This document shows positions 26,323 through 41,400 of a DNA stretch of 64,000 nucleotides, one piece after another. The position numbers and the translations under genes were made by a program. Source of the stretch: Auanema rhodensis. Its lineage: Eukaryota > Animalia > Nematoda. How positions within the stretch are numbered: position 1 is the first letter of the stretch; every line of letters starts with the position of its first letter. Below the pieces are notes generated by a model that made no database searches, was not told where the DNA came from, and was given only the letters and a program-made list of their open reading frames with translations. Where the stretch lies: contig OZ059896.1 of assembly GCA_964057225.1 (NCBI GenBank), positions 21,328,001-21,392,000 on the forward strand. The letters run 5' to 3'.

Positions 26323-29300
26323 TGAGTTTCCATGTACACTCAACATTGCTTCCAAAAACATTTTGACAAAAATTTTTTCGAAAAATTTCAAAATAATTTA
26401 GCAAAAAGTAGATGTTTTTAGATTCCTTTTTTCAAGGCAAAGACGATGAACAATGTTATTCAACGAAAAAATCAATTCTTCAGGGTGAAAATCGAGGATA
26501 TAAGTGTGAACTTATATCAGTTGATATCTCGGTGCATTTTTAAGCTAGCGCAAATCTGATAACACAGATCGACGCAGCTTAAAAATCCGCATCGAATGCA
26601 CTATACCACATTGAGAAACGCTTAATACAAAAATTAGTTATGATCGTTTGAAAAATGATGCATTAGTGTATGTTGAGTTTCCATGTACACTCAACATTGC
26701 TTCCAAAAACATTTTGACAAAAATTTTTTCGAAAAATTTCAAAATAATTTAGCAAAAAGTAGATGTTTTTAGATTCCTTTTTTTAAGGCAAAGACGATGG
26801 ACAATGTTATTCAACGAAAAAATTAATTCTTCAGGGTGAAAATCGAGGATATAAGTGTGAACTTATATCAGTTGATATCTCGGTGCATTTTTAAGCTAGC
26901 GCAAATCTGATAACACAGATCGACGCAGCTTAAAAATCCGCATCGAATGCACTATACCACATTGAGAAACGCTTAATACAAAAATTAGTTATGATCGTTT
27001 GAAAAATGATGCATTAGTGTATGTTGAGTTTCCATGTACACTCAACATTGCTTCCAAAAACATTTTGACAAAAATTTTTTCGAAAAATTTCAAAATAATT
27101 TAGCAAAAAGTAGATGTTTTTAGATTCCTTTTTTTAAGGCAAAGACGATGGACAATGTTATTCAACGAAAAAATTAATTCTTCAGGGTGAAAATCGAGGA
27201 TATAAGTGTGAACTTATATCAGTTGATATCTCGGTGCATTTTTAAGCTAGCGCAAATCTGATAACACAGATCGACGCAGCTTAAAAATCCGCATCGAATG
27301 CACTATACTACTTTGAGAAACGCTTAATACAAAAATTAGTTATGATCGTTTGAAAAATGATGCATTAGTGTATGTTGAGTTTCCATGTACACTCAACATT
27401 GCTTCCAAAAACATTTTGACAAAAATTTTTTCGAAAAATTTCAAAATAATTTAGCAAAAAGTAGATGTTTTTAGATTCCTTTTTTCAAGGCAAAGACGAT
27501 GAACAATGTTATTCAACGAAAAAATCAATTCTTCAGGGTGAAAATCGAGGATATAAGTGTGAACTTATATCAGTTGATATCTCGGTGCATTTTTAAGCTA
27601 GCGCAAATCTGATAACACAGATCGACGCAGCTTAAAAATCCGCATCGAATGCACTATACCACATTGAGAAACGCTTAATACAAAAATTAGTTATGATCGT
27701 TTGAAAAATGATGCATTAGTGTATGTTGAGTTTCCATGTACACTCAACATTGCTTCCAAAAACATTTTGACAAAAATTTTTTCGAAAAATTTCAAAATAA
27801 TTTAGCAAAAAGTAGATGTTTTTAGATTCCTTTTTTTAAGGCAAAGACGATGGACAATGTTATTCAACGAAAAAATTAATTCTTCAGGGTGAAAATCGAG
27901 GATATAAGTGTGAACTTATATCAGTTGATATCTCGGTGCATTTTTAAGCTAGCGCAAATCTGATAACACAGATCGACGCAGCTTAAAAATCCGCATCGAA
28001 TGCACTATACCACATTGAGAAACGCTTAATACAAAAATTAGTTATGATCGTTTGAAAAATGATGCATTAGTGTATGTTGAGTTTCCATGTACACTCAACA
28101 TTGCTTCCAAAAACATTTTGACAAAAATTTTTTCGAAAAATTTCAAAATAATTTAGCAAAAAGTAGATGTTTTTAGATTCCTTTTTTTAAGGCAAAGACG
28201 ATGGACAATGTTATTCAACGAAAAAATTAATTCTTCAGGGTGAAAATCGAGGATATAAGTGTGAACTTATATCAGTTGATATCTCGGTGCATTTTTAAGC
28301 TAGCGCAAATCTGATAACACAGATCGACGCAGCTTAAAAATCCGCATCGAATGCACTATACTACTTTGAGAAACGCTTAATACAAAAATTAGTTATGATC
28401 GTTTGAAAAATGATGCATTAGTGTATGTTGAGTTTCCATGTACACTCAACATTGCTTCCAAAAACATTTTGACAAAAATTTTTTCGAAAAATTTCAAAAT
28501 AATTTAGCAAAAAGTAGATGTTTTTAGATTCCTTTTTTCAAGGCAAAGACGATGAACAATGTTATTCAACGAAAAAATCAATTCTTCAGGGTGAAAATCG
28601 AGGATATAAGTGTGAACTTATATCAGTTGATATCTCGGTGCATTTTTAAGCTAGCGCAAATCTGATAACACAGATCGACGCAGCTTAAAAATCCGCATCG
28701 AATGCACTATACCACATTGAGAAACGCTTAATACAAAAATTAGTTATGATCGTTTGAAAAATGATGCATTAGTGTATGTTGAGTTTCCATGTACACTCAA
28801 CATTGCTTCCAAAAACATTTTGACAAAAATTTTTTCGAAAAATTTCAAAATAATTTAGCAAAAAGTAGATGTTTTTAGATTCCTTTTTTTAAGGCAAAGA
28901 CGATGGACAATGTTATTCAACGAAAAAATTAATTCTTCAGGGTGAAAATCGAGGATATAAGTGTGAACTTATATCAGTTGATATCTCGGTGCATTTTTAA
29001 GCTAGCGCAAATCTGATAACACAGATCGACGCAGCTTAAAAATCCGCATCGAATGCACTATACCACATTGAGAAACGCTTAATACAAAAATTAGTTATGA
29101 TCGTTTGAAAAATGATGCATTAGTGTATGTTGAGTTTCCATGTACACTCAACATTGCTTCCAAAAACATTTTGACAAAAATTTTTTCGAAAAATTTCAAA
29201 ATAATTTAGCAAAAAGTAGATGTTTTTAGATTCCTTTTTTTAAGGCAAAGACGATGGACAATGTTATTCAACGAAAAAATTAATTCTTCAGGGTGAAAAT

Positions 29301-29481
29301 CGAGGATATAAGTGTGAACTTATATCAGTTGATATCTCGGTGCATTTTTAAGCTAGCGCAAATCTGATAACACAGATCGACGCAGCTTAAAAATCCGCAT
29401 CGAATGCACTATACTACTTTGAGAAACGCTTAATACAAAAATTAGTTATGATCGTTTGAAAAATGATGCATTAGTGTATGT
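26323..29481. repeat. Tandem 3-mer higher-order repeat x3 (1053-bp unit; m76-84)
   Basis: The pattern [GATGAAC+ATCAATT+ACCAC], [ACCAC], [TACTTTG] repeats three times. The homologous blocks at 43170 and 52647 have one copy. Confidence 0.9.
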
Positions 29482-32400
29482 TGAGTTTCCATGTACACTC
29501 AACATTGCTTCCAAAAACATTTTGACAAAAATTTTTTCGAAAAATTTCAAAATAATTTAGCAAAAAGTAGATGTTTTTAGATTCCTTTTTTCAAAGCAAA
29601 GACGATGGACGATGTTATTCAACGAAAAAATTAATTCTTCAGGGTGAAAATCGAGGATATAAGTGTGCACTTATATCAGTTGATATCTCGGTGCATTTTT
29701 AAGCTAGCGCAAATCTGATAACACAGATCGACGCAGCTTAAAAATCCGCATCGAATGCACTATACCACATTGAGAAACGCTTAATACAAAAATTAGTTAT
29801 GATCGTTTGAAAAATGATGCATTAGTGTATGTTGAGTTTCCATGTACACTCAACATTGCTTCCAAAAACATTTTGACAAAAGTTTTTTCGAAAAATTTCA
29901 AAATAATTTAGCAAAAAGTAGATGTTTTTAGATTCCTTTTTTTAAGGCAAAGACGATGGACAATGTTATTCAACGAAAAAATTAATTCTTCAGGGTGAAA
30001 ATCGAGGATATAAGTGTGAACTTATATCAGTTGATATCTCGGTGCATTTTTAAGCTAGCGCAAATCTGATAGCACAGATCGACGCAGCTTAAAAATCCGC
30101 ATCGAATGCACTATACCACATTGAGAAACGCTTAATACAAAAATTAGTTATGATCGTTTGAAAAATGATGCATTAGTGTATGTTGAGTTTCCATGTACAC
30201 TCAACATTGCTTCCAAAAACATTTTGACAAAAATTTTTTCGAAAAATTTCAAAATAATTTAGCAAAAAGTAGATGTTTTTAGATTCCTTTTTTTAAGGCA
30301 AAGACGATGGACGATGTTATTCAACGAAAAAATTAATTCTTCAGGGTGAAAATCGAGGATATAAGTGTGCACTTATATCAGTTGATATCTCGGTGCATTT
30401 TTAAGCTAGCGCAAATCTGATAACACAGATCGACGCAGCTTAAAAATCCGCATCGAATGCACTATACTACATTGAGAAACGCTTAATACAAAAAATAGTT
30501 ATGATCGTTTGAAAAATGATGCATTAGTGTATGTTGAGTTTCCATGTACACTCAACATTGCTTCCAAAAACATTTTGACAAAATTTTTTTCGAAAATTTT
30601 CAAAATAATTTAGCAAAAAGTAGATGTTTTTAGATTCCTTTTTTCAAGGCAAAGACGATGAACAATGTTATTCAACGAAAAAATCAATTCTTCAGGGTGA
30701 AAATCGAGGATATAAGTGTGAACTTATATCAGTTGATATCTCGGTGCATTTTTAAGCTAGCGCAAATCTGATAACACAGATCGACGCAGCTTGAAAATCC
30801 GCATCGAATGTACTATACTACATTGAGAAACGCTTAATACAAAAATTAGTTATGATCGTTTGAAAAATGATGCCTTAGTGTATGTTGAGTTTCCATGTAC
30901 ACTCAACATTGCTTCCAAAAACATTTTGACAAAAATTTTTTCGAAAAATTTCAAAATAATTTAGCAAAAAGTAGATGTTTTTAGATTCCTTTTTTCAAGG
31001 CAAAGACGATGGACAATGTTATTCAACGAAAAAATTAATTCTTCAGGGTGAAAATCGAGGATATAAGTGTGAACTTATATCAGTTGATATCTCGGTGCAT
31101 TTTTAAGCTAGCGCAAATCTGATAACACAGATCGACGCAGCTTAAAAATCCGCATCGAATGCACTTTACTACTTTGAGAAACGCTTAATACAAAAGTTAG
31201 TTATGATCGTTTGAAAATTGATGCATTAGTGTATGTTGAGTTTCCATGTACACTCAACATTGCTTCCAAAAACATTTTGACAAAAGTTTTTTCGAAAAAT
31301 TTCAAAATAATTTAGCGAAAAGTAGATGTTTTTAGATTCCTTTTTTCAAGGCAAAGACGATGGACAATGTTATTCAACAAAAAAATTAATTCTTCAGGGT
31401 GAAAATCGAGGATATAAGTGTGCACTTATATCAGTTGATATCTCGGTGCATTTTTAAGCTAGCGCAAATCTGATAACACAGATCGACGCAGCTTAAAAAT
31501 CCGCATCGAATGCACTATACTACATTGAGAAACGCTCAATACAAAAATTAGTTATGATCGTTTGAAAAATGATGCCTTAGTGTATTTTGAGTTTCCATGT
31601 ACACTCAACATTGCTTCCAAAAACATTTTGACAAAAATTTTTTCGAAAAATTTCAAGATAATTTAGCAAAAAGTAGATGTTTTTAGATTCCTTTTTTTAA
31701 GGCAAAGACGATGGACAATGTTATTCAACAAAAAAATTTATTCTTCAGGGTGAAAATCGAGGATATAAGTGTGCACTTATATCAGTTGATATCTCGGTGC
31801 ATTTTTAAGCTAGCGCAAATCTGATAACACAGATCGACGAAGCTTAAAAATCCGCATCGAATGCACTATACTACATTGAGAATCGCTTAATACAAAAATT
31901 AGTTATGATCGTTTGAAAATTGATGCATTAGTGTATGTTGAGTTTCCATGTACACTCAACATTGCTTCCAAAAACATTTTGACAAAAACTTTTTCGAAAA
32001 ATTTCAAAATAATTTAGCAAAAAGTAGATGTTTTTAGATTCCTTTTTTCAAGGCAAAGACGATGGACAATGTTATTCAACGAAAAAATTAATTCTTCAGG
32101 GTGAAAATCGAGGATATAAGTGTGAACTTATATCAGTTGATATCTCGGTGCATTTTTAAGCTAGCGCAAATCTGATAACACAGATCGACGCAGCTTAAAA
32201 ATCCGCATCGAATGCACTTTACTACTTTGAGAAACGCTTAATACAAAAGTTAGTTATGATCGTTTGAAAATTGATGCATTAGTGTATGTTGAGTTTCCAT
32301 GTACACTCAACATTGCTTCCAAAAACATTTTGACAAAAGTTTTTTCGAAAAATTTCAAAATAATTTAGCAAAAAGTAGATGTTTTTAGATTCCTTTTTTC

Positions 32401-35400
32401 AAGGCAAAGACGATGGACAATGTTATTCAACAAAAAAATTAATTCTTCAGGGTGAAAATCGAGGATATAAGTGTGAACTTATATCAGTTGATATCTCGGT
32501 GCATTTTTAAGCTAGCGCAAATCTGATAACACAGATCGACGCAGCTTGAAAATCCGCATCGAATGTACTATACTACATTGAGAAACGCTTAATACAAAAA
32601 TTAGTTATGATCGTTTGAAAATTGATGCATTAGTGTATGTTGAGTTTCCATGTACACTCAACATTGCTTCCAAAAACATTTTGACAAAAATTTTTTCGAA
32701 AAATTTCAAGATAATTTAGCAAAAAGTAGATGTTTTTAGATTCCTTTTTTCAAGGCAAAGACGATGGACAATGTTATTCAACGAAAAAATTAATTCTTCA
32801 GGGTGAAAATCGAGGATATAAGTGTGAACTTATATCAGTTGATATCTCGGTGCATTTTTAAGCTAGCGCAAATCTGATAACACAGATCGACGCAGCTTAA
32901 AAATCCGCATCGAATGCACTTTACTACTTTGAGAAACGCTTAATACAAAAGTTAGTTATGATCGTTTGAAAATTGATGCATTAGTGTATGTTGAGTTTCC
33001 ATGTACACTCAACATTGCTTCCAAAAACATTTTGACAAAAATTTTTTCGAAAAATTTCAAAATAATTTAGCAAAAAGTAGATGTTTTTAGATTCCTTTTT
33101 TCAAGGCAAAGACGATGGACAATGTTATTCAACAAAAAAATTAATTCTTCAGGGTGAAAATCGAGGATATAAGTGTGCACTTATATCAGTTGATATCTCG
33201 GTGCATTTTTAAGCTAGCGCAAATCTGATAACACAGATCGACGCAGCTTAAAAATCCGCATCGAATGCACTATACTACATTGAGAAACGCTCAATACAAA
33301 AATTAGTTATGATCGTTTGAAAAATGATGCCTTAGTGTATTTTGAGTTTCCATGTACACTCAACATTGCTTCCAAAAACATTTTGACAAAAATTTTTTCG
33401 AAAAATTTCAAAATAATTTAGCAAAAAGTAGATGTTTTTAGATTCCTTTTTTTAAGGCAAAGACGATGGACAATGTTAATCAACAAAAAAATTTATTCTT
33501 CAGGGTGAAAATCGAGGATATAAGTGTGCACTTATATCAGTTGATATCTCGGTGCATTTTTAAGCTAGCGCAAATCTGATAACACAGATCGACGAAGCTT
33601 AAAAATCCGCATCGAATGCACTATACTACATTGAGAAACGCTTAATACAAAAATTAGTTATGATCGTTTGAAAAATGATGCCTTAGTGTATGTTGAGTTT
33701 CCATGTACACTCAACATTGCTTCCAAAAACATTTTGACAAAAATTTTTTCGAAAAATTTCAAAATAATTTAGCAAAAAGTAGATGTTTTTAGATTCCTTT
33801 TTTCAAGGCAAAGACGATGGACAATGTTATTCAACGAAAAAATTAATTCTTCAGGGTGAAAATCGAGGATATAAGTGTGAACTTATATCAGTTGATATCT
33901 CGGTGCATTTTTAAGCTAGCGCAAATCTCATAACACAGATCGACGCAGCTTGAAAATCCGCATCGAATGCACTATACTACATTGAGAAACGCTTAATACA
34001 AAAATTAGTTATGATCGTTTGAAAAATGATGCCTTAGTGTATGTTGAGTTTCCATGTACACTCAACATTGCTTCCAAAAACATTTTGACAAAAACTTTTT
34101 CGAAAAATTTCAAAATAATTTAGCAAAAAGTAGATGTTTTTAGATTCCTTTTTTCAAGGCAAAGACGATGGACAATGTTATTCAACGAAAAAATTAATTC
34201 TTCAGGGTGAAAATCGAGGATATAAGTGTGAACTTATATCAGTTGATATCTCGGTGCATTTTTAAGCTAGCGCAAATCTCATAACACAGATCGACGCAGC
34301 TTGAAAATCCGCATCGAATGCACTATACTACATTGAGAAACGCTTAATACAAAAATTAGTTATGATCGTTTGAAAAATGATGCCTTAGTGTATGTTGAGT
34401 TTCCATGTACACTCAACATTGCTTCCAAAAACATTTTGACAAAATTTTTTTGAAACATTTCAAAATAATTTAGCAAAAAGTAGATGTTTTTAGATTCCTT
34501 TTTTCAAGGCAAAGACGATGGACAATGTTATTCAACGAAAAAATTAATTCTTCAGGGTGAAAATCGAGGATATAAGTGTGAACTTATATCAGTTGATATC
34601 TCGGTGCATTTTTAAGCTAGCGCAAATCTGATAACACAGATCGACGCAGCTTAAAAATCCGCATCGAATGCACTTTACTACTTTGAGAAACGCTTAATAC
34701 AAAAATTAGTTATGATCGTTTGAAAATTGATGCATTAGTGTATGTTGAGTTTCCATGTACACTCAACATTGCTTCCAAAAACATTTTGACAAAAACTTTT
34801 TCGAAAAATTTCAAAATAATTTAGCAAAAAGTAGATGTTTTTAGATTCCTTTTTTTAAGGCAAAGACGATGGACAATGTTATTCAACGAAAAAATTAATT
34901 CTTCAGGGTGAAAATCGAGGATATAAGTGTGAACTTATATCAGTTGATATCTCGGTGCATTTTTAAGCTAGCGCAAATCTGATAACACAGATCGACGCAG
35001 CTTAAAAATCCGCATCGAATGCACTTTACTACTTTGAGAAACGCTTAATACAAAAGTTAGTTATGATCGTTTGAAAAATGATGCCTTAGTGTATGTTGAG
35101 TTTCCATGTACACTCAACATTGCTTCCAAAAACATTTTGACAAAAATTTTTTCGAAAAATTTCAAAATAATTTAGCAAAAAGTAGATGTTTTTAGATTCC
35201 TTTTTTTAAGGCAAAGACGATGGACAATGTTATTCAACGAAAAAATTAATTCTTCAGGGTGAAAATCGAGGATATAAGTGTGAACTTATATCAGTTGATA
35301 TCTCGGTGCATTTTTAAGCTAGCGCAAATCTGATAACACAGATCGACGCAGCTTAAAAATCCGCATCGAATGCACTATACTACATTGAAAAACGCTTAAT

Positions 35401-38400
35401 ACAAAAATTAGTTATGATCGTTTGAAAAATGATGCCTTAGTGTATGTTGAGTTTCCATGTACACTCAACATTGCTTCCAAAAACATTTTGACAAAAATTT
35501 TTTCGAAAAATTTCAAAATAATTTAGCAAAAAGTAGATGTTTTTAGATTCCTTTTTTTAAGGCAAAGACGATGGACAATGTTATTCAACGAAAAAATTAA
35601 TTCTTCAGGGTGAAAATCGAGGATATAAGTGTGAACTTATATCAGTTGATATCTCGGTGCATTTTTAAGCTAGCGCAAATCTGATAACACAGATCGACGC
35701 AGCTTAAAAATCCGCATCGAATGCACTATACCACATTGAGAAACGCTTAATACAAAAATTAGTTATGATCGTTTGAAAAATGATGCATTAGTGTATGTTG
35801 AGTTTCCATGTACACTCAACATTGCTTCCAAAAACATTTTGACAAAAATTTTTTCGAAAAATTTCAAAATAATTTAGCAAAAAGTAGATGTTTTTAGATT
35901 CCTTTTTTCAAGGCAAAGACGATGGACAATGTTATTCAACAAAAAAATTAATTCTTCAGGGTGAAAATCGAGGATATAAGTGTGCACTTATATCAGTTGA
36001 TATCTCGGTGCATTTTTAAGCTAGCGCAAATCTGATAACACAGATCGACGCATCTTAAAAATCCGCATCGAATGCACTATACTACATTGAGAAACGCTTA
36101 ATACAAAAATTAGTTATGATCGTTTGAAAAATGATGCCTTAGTGTATTTTGAGTTTCCATGTACACTCAACATTGCTTCCAAAAACATTTTGACAAAAAT
36201 TTTTTCGAAAAATTTCAAAATAATTTAGCAAAAAGTAGATGTTTTTAGATTCCTTTTTTCAAGGCAAAGACGATGGACAATGTTATTCAACAAAAAAATT
36301 TATTCTTCAGGGTGAAAATCGAGGATATAAGTGTGCACTTATATCAGTTGATATCTCGGTGCATTTTTAAGCTAGCGCAAATCTGATAACACAGATCGAC
36401 GCAGCTTGAAAATCCGCATCGAATGTACTATACTACATTGAGAAACGCTTAATACAAAAATTAGTTATGATCGTTTGAAAAATGATGCCTTAGTGTATGT
36501 TGAGTTTCCATGTACACTCAACATTGCTTCCAAAAACATTTTGACAAAAATTTTTTCGAAAAATTTCAAAATAATTTAGCAAAAAGTAGATATTTTTAGA
36601 TTCCTTTTTTTAAGGCAAAGACGATGGACAATGTTATTCAACGAAAAAATAAATTCTTCAGGGTGAAAATCGAGGATATAAGTGTGCACTTATATCAGTT
36701 GATATCTTGGTGCATTTTCAAGCTAGCGCAAATCTGATAACACAGATCGACGCAGCTTAAAAATCCGCATCGAATGCACTATACTACATTGAGAAACGCT
36801 TAATACAAAAAATAGTTATGATCGTTTGAAAAATGATGCATTAGTGTATGTTGAGTTTCCATGTACACTCAACATTGCTTCCAAAAACATTTTGACAAAA
36901 ATTTTTTCGAAAAATTTCAAAATAATTTAGCAAAAAGTTGATGTTTTTAGATTCCTTTTTTTAAGGCAAAGACGATGGACGATGTTATTCAACGAAAAAA
37001 TTAATTCTTCAGGGTGAAAATCGAGGATATAAGTGTGAACTTATATCAGTTGATATCTCGGTGCATTTTTAAGCTAGCGCAAATCTGATAACACAGATCG
37101 ACGCAGCTTAAAAATCCGCATCGAATGCACTATACTACTTTGAGAAACGCTTAATACAAAAATTAGTTATGATCGTTTGAAAAATGATGCATTAGTGTAT
37201 GTTGAGTTTTCATGTACACTCAACATTGCTTCCAAAAACATTTTGACAAAAATTTTTTCGAAAAATTTCAAAATAATTTAGCAAAAAGTAGATGTTTTTA
37301 GATTCCTTTTTTCAAGGCAAAGACGATGGACAATGTTATTCAACGAAAAAATTAATTCTTCAGGGTGAAAATCGAGGATATAAGTGTGAACTTATATCAG
37401 TTGATATCTCGGTGCATTTTTAAGCTAGCGCAAATCTGATAACACAGATCGACGCAGCTTAAAAATCCGCATCGAATGCACTATACCACATTGAGAAACG
37501 CTTAATACAAAAATTAGTTATGATCGTTTGAAAAATGATGCATTAGTGTATGTTGAGTTTCCATGTACACTCAACATTGCTTCCAAAAACATTTTGACAA
37601 AAATTTTTTCGAAAAATTTCAAAATAATTTAGCAAAAAGTAGATGTTTTTAGATTCCTTTTTTTAAAGCAAAGACGATGGACGATGTTATTCAACGAAAA
37701 AATTAATTCTTCAGGGTGAAAATCGAGGATATAAGTGTGAACTTATATCAGTTGATATCTCGGTGCATTTTTAAGCTAGCGCAAATCTGATAACACAGAT
37801 CGACGCAGCTTAAAAATCCGCATCGAATGCACTATACCACATTGAGAAACGCTTAATACAAGAATTAGTTATGATCGTTTGAAAAATGATGCATTAGTGT
37901 ATGTTGAGTTTCCATGTACACTCAACATTGCTTCCAAAAACATTTTGACAAAAATTTTTTCGAAAAATTTCAAAATAATTTAGCAAAAAGTAGATGTTTT
38001 TAGATTCCTTTTTTTAAGGCAAAGACGATGGACGATGTTATTCAACGAAAAAATTAATTCTTCAGGGTGAAAATCGAGGATATAAGTGTGCACTTATATC
38101 AGTTGATATCTCGGTGCATTTTTAAGCTAGCGCAAATCTGATAACACAGATCGACGCAGCTTAAAAATCCGCATCGAATGCACTATACTACATTGAGAAA
38201 CGCTTAATACAAAAAATAGTTATGATCGTTTGAAAAATGATGCATTAGTGTATGTTGAGTTTCCATGTACACTCAACATTGCTTCCAAAAACATTTTGAC
38301 AAAAATTTTTTCGAAAAATTTCAAAATAATTTAGCAAAAAGTAGATGTTTTTAGATTCCTTTTTTTAAGGCAAAGACGATGGACGATGTTATTCAACGAA

Positions 38401-41400
38401 AAAATTAATTCTTCAGGGTGAAAATCGAGGATATAAGTGTGCACTTATATCAGTTGATATCTCGGTGCATTTTTAAGCTAGCGCAAATCTGATAACACAG
38501 ATCGACGCAGCTTAAAAATCCGCATCGAATGCACTATACTACATTGAGAAACGCTTAATACAAAAAATAGTTATGATCGTTTGAAAAATGATGCATTAGT
38601 GTATGTTGAGTTTCCATGTACACTCAACATTGCTTCCAAAAACATTTTGACAAAAATTTTTTCGAAAAATTTCAAAATAATTTAGCAAAAAGTAGATGTT
38701 TTTAGATTCCTTTTTTCAAGGCAAAGACGATGAACAATGTTATTCAACGAAAAAATCAATTCTTCAGGGTGAAAATCGAGGATATAAGTGTGAACTTATA
38801 TCAGTTGATATCTCGGTGCATTTTTAAGCTAGCGCTAATCTGATAACACAGATCGACGCAGCTTGAAAATCCGCATCGAATGTACTATACTACATTGAGA
38901 AACGCTTAATACAAAAATTAGTTATGATCGTTTGAAAAATGATGCCTTAGTGTATGTTGAGTTTCCATGTACACTCAACATTGCTTCCAAAAACATTTTG
39001 ACAAAAATTTTTTCGAAAAATTTCAAAATAATTTAGCAAAAAGTAGATGTTTTTAGATTCCTTTTTTCAAGGCAAAGACGATGGACAATGTTATTCAACG
39101 AAAAAATTAATTCTTCAGGGTGAAAATCGAGGATATAAGTGTGAACTTATATCAGTTGATATCTCGGTGCATTTTTAAGCTAGCGCAAATCTGATAACAC
39201 AGATCGACGCAGCTTAAAAATCCGCATCGAATGCACTATACCACATTGAAAAACGCTTAATACAAAAATTAGTTATGATCGTTTGAAAAATGATGCATTA
39301 GTGTATGTTGAGTTTCCATGTACACTCAACATTGCTTCCAAAAACATTTTGACAAAAATTTTTTCGAAAAATTTCAAAATAATTTAGCAAAAAGTAGATG
39401 TTTTTAGATTCCTTTTTTTAAAGCAAAGACGATGGACGATGTTATTCAACGAAAAAATTTATTCTTCAGGGTGAAAATCGAGGATATAAGTGTGCACTTA
39501 TATCAGTTGATATCTCGGTGCATTTTTAAGCTAGCGCAAATCTGATAACACAGATCGACGCAGCTTAAAAATCCGCATCGAATGCACTATACCACATTGA
39601 GAAACGCTTAATACAAAAATTAGTTATGATCGTTTGAAAAATGATGCATTAGTGTATGTTGAGTTTCCATGTACACTCAACATTGCTTCCAAAAACATTT
39701 TGACAAAAATTTTTTCGAAAAATTTCAAAATAATTTAGCAAAAAGTAGATGTTTTTAGATTCCTTTTTTTAAGGCAAAGACGATGGACAATGTTATTCAA
39801 CGAAAAAATTAATTCTTCAGGGTGAAAATCGAGGATATAAGTGTGAACTTATATCAGTTGATATCTCGGTGCATTTTTAAGCTAGCGCAAATCTGATAAC
39901 ACAGATCGACGCAGCTTAAAAATCCGCATCGAATGCACTATACTACTTTGAGAAACGCTTAATACAAAAATTAGTTATGATCGTTTGAAAAATGATGCAT
40001 TAGTGTATGTTGAGTTTTCATGTACACTCAACATTGCTTCCAAAAACATTTTGACAAAAATTTTTTCGAAAAATTTCAAAATAATTTAGCAAAAAGTAGA
40101 TGTTTTTAGATTCCTTTTTTTAAGGCAAAGACGATGGACAATGTTATTCAACGAAAAAATTAATTCTTCAGGGTGAAAATCGAGGATATAAGTGTGAACT
40201 TATATCAGTTGATATCTCGGTGCATTTCTAAGCTAGCGCAAATCTGATAACACAGATCGACGCAGCTTAAAAATCCGCATCGAATGCACTATACCACATT
40301 GAGAAACGCTTAATACAAAAATTAGTTATGATTGTTTGAAAAATGATGCATTAGTGTATGTTGAGTTTCCATGTACACTCAACATTGCTTCCAAAAACAT
40401 TTTGACAAAAATTTTTTCGAAAAATTTCAAAATAATTTAGCAAAAAGTAGATGTTTTTAGATTCCTTTTTTTAAGGCAAAGACGATGGACGATGTTATTC
40501 AACGAAAAAATTAATTCTTCAGGGTGAAAATCGAGGATATAAGTGTGCACTTATATCAGTTGATATCTCGGTGCATTTTTAAGCTAGCGCAAATCTGATA
40601 ACACAGATCGACGCAGCTTAAAAATCCGCATCGAATGCACTATACTACATTGAGAAACGCTTAATACAAAAAATAGTTATGATCGTTTGAAAAATGATGC
40701 ATTAGTGTATGTTGAGTTTCCATGTACACTCAACATTGCTTCCAAAAACATTTTGACAAAAATTTTTTCGAAAAATTTCAAAATAATTTAGCAAAAAGTA
40801 GATGTTTTTAGATTCCTTTTTTCAAGGCAAAGACGATGAACAATGTTATTCAACGAAAAAATCAATTCTTCAGGGTGAAAATCGAGGATATAAGTGTGAA
40901 CTTATATCAGTTGATATCTCGGTGCATTTTTAAGCTAGCGCTAATCTGATAACACAGATCGACGCAGCTTGAAAATCCGCATCGAATGTACTATACTACA
41001 TTGAGAAACGCTTGATACAAAAATTAGTTATGATCGTTTGAAAAATGATGCATTAGTGTATGTTGAGTTTCCATGTACACTCAATATTGCTTCCAAAAAC
41101 ATTTTGACAAAAATTTTTTCGAAAAATTTCAAAATAATTTAGCAAAAAGTAGATGTTTTTAGATTCCTTTTTTCAAGGCAAAGACGATGGACAATGTTAT
41201 TCAACGAAAAAATTAATTCTTCAGGGTGAAAATCGAGGATATAAGTGTGAACTTATATCAGTTGATATCTCGGTGCATTTTTAAGCTAGCGCAAATCTGA
41301 TAACACAGATCGACGCAGCTTGAAAATCCGCATCGAATGCACTATACTACATTGAGAAACGCTTAATACAAAAATTAGTTATGATCGTTTGAAAAATGAT

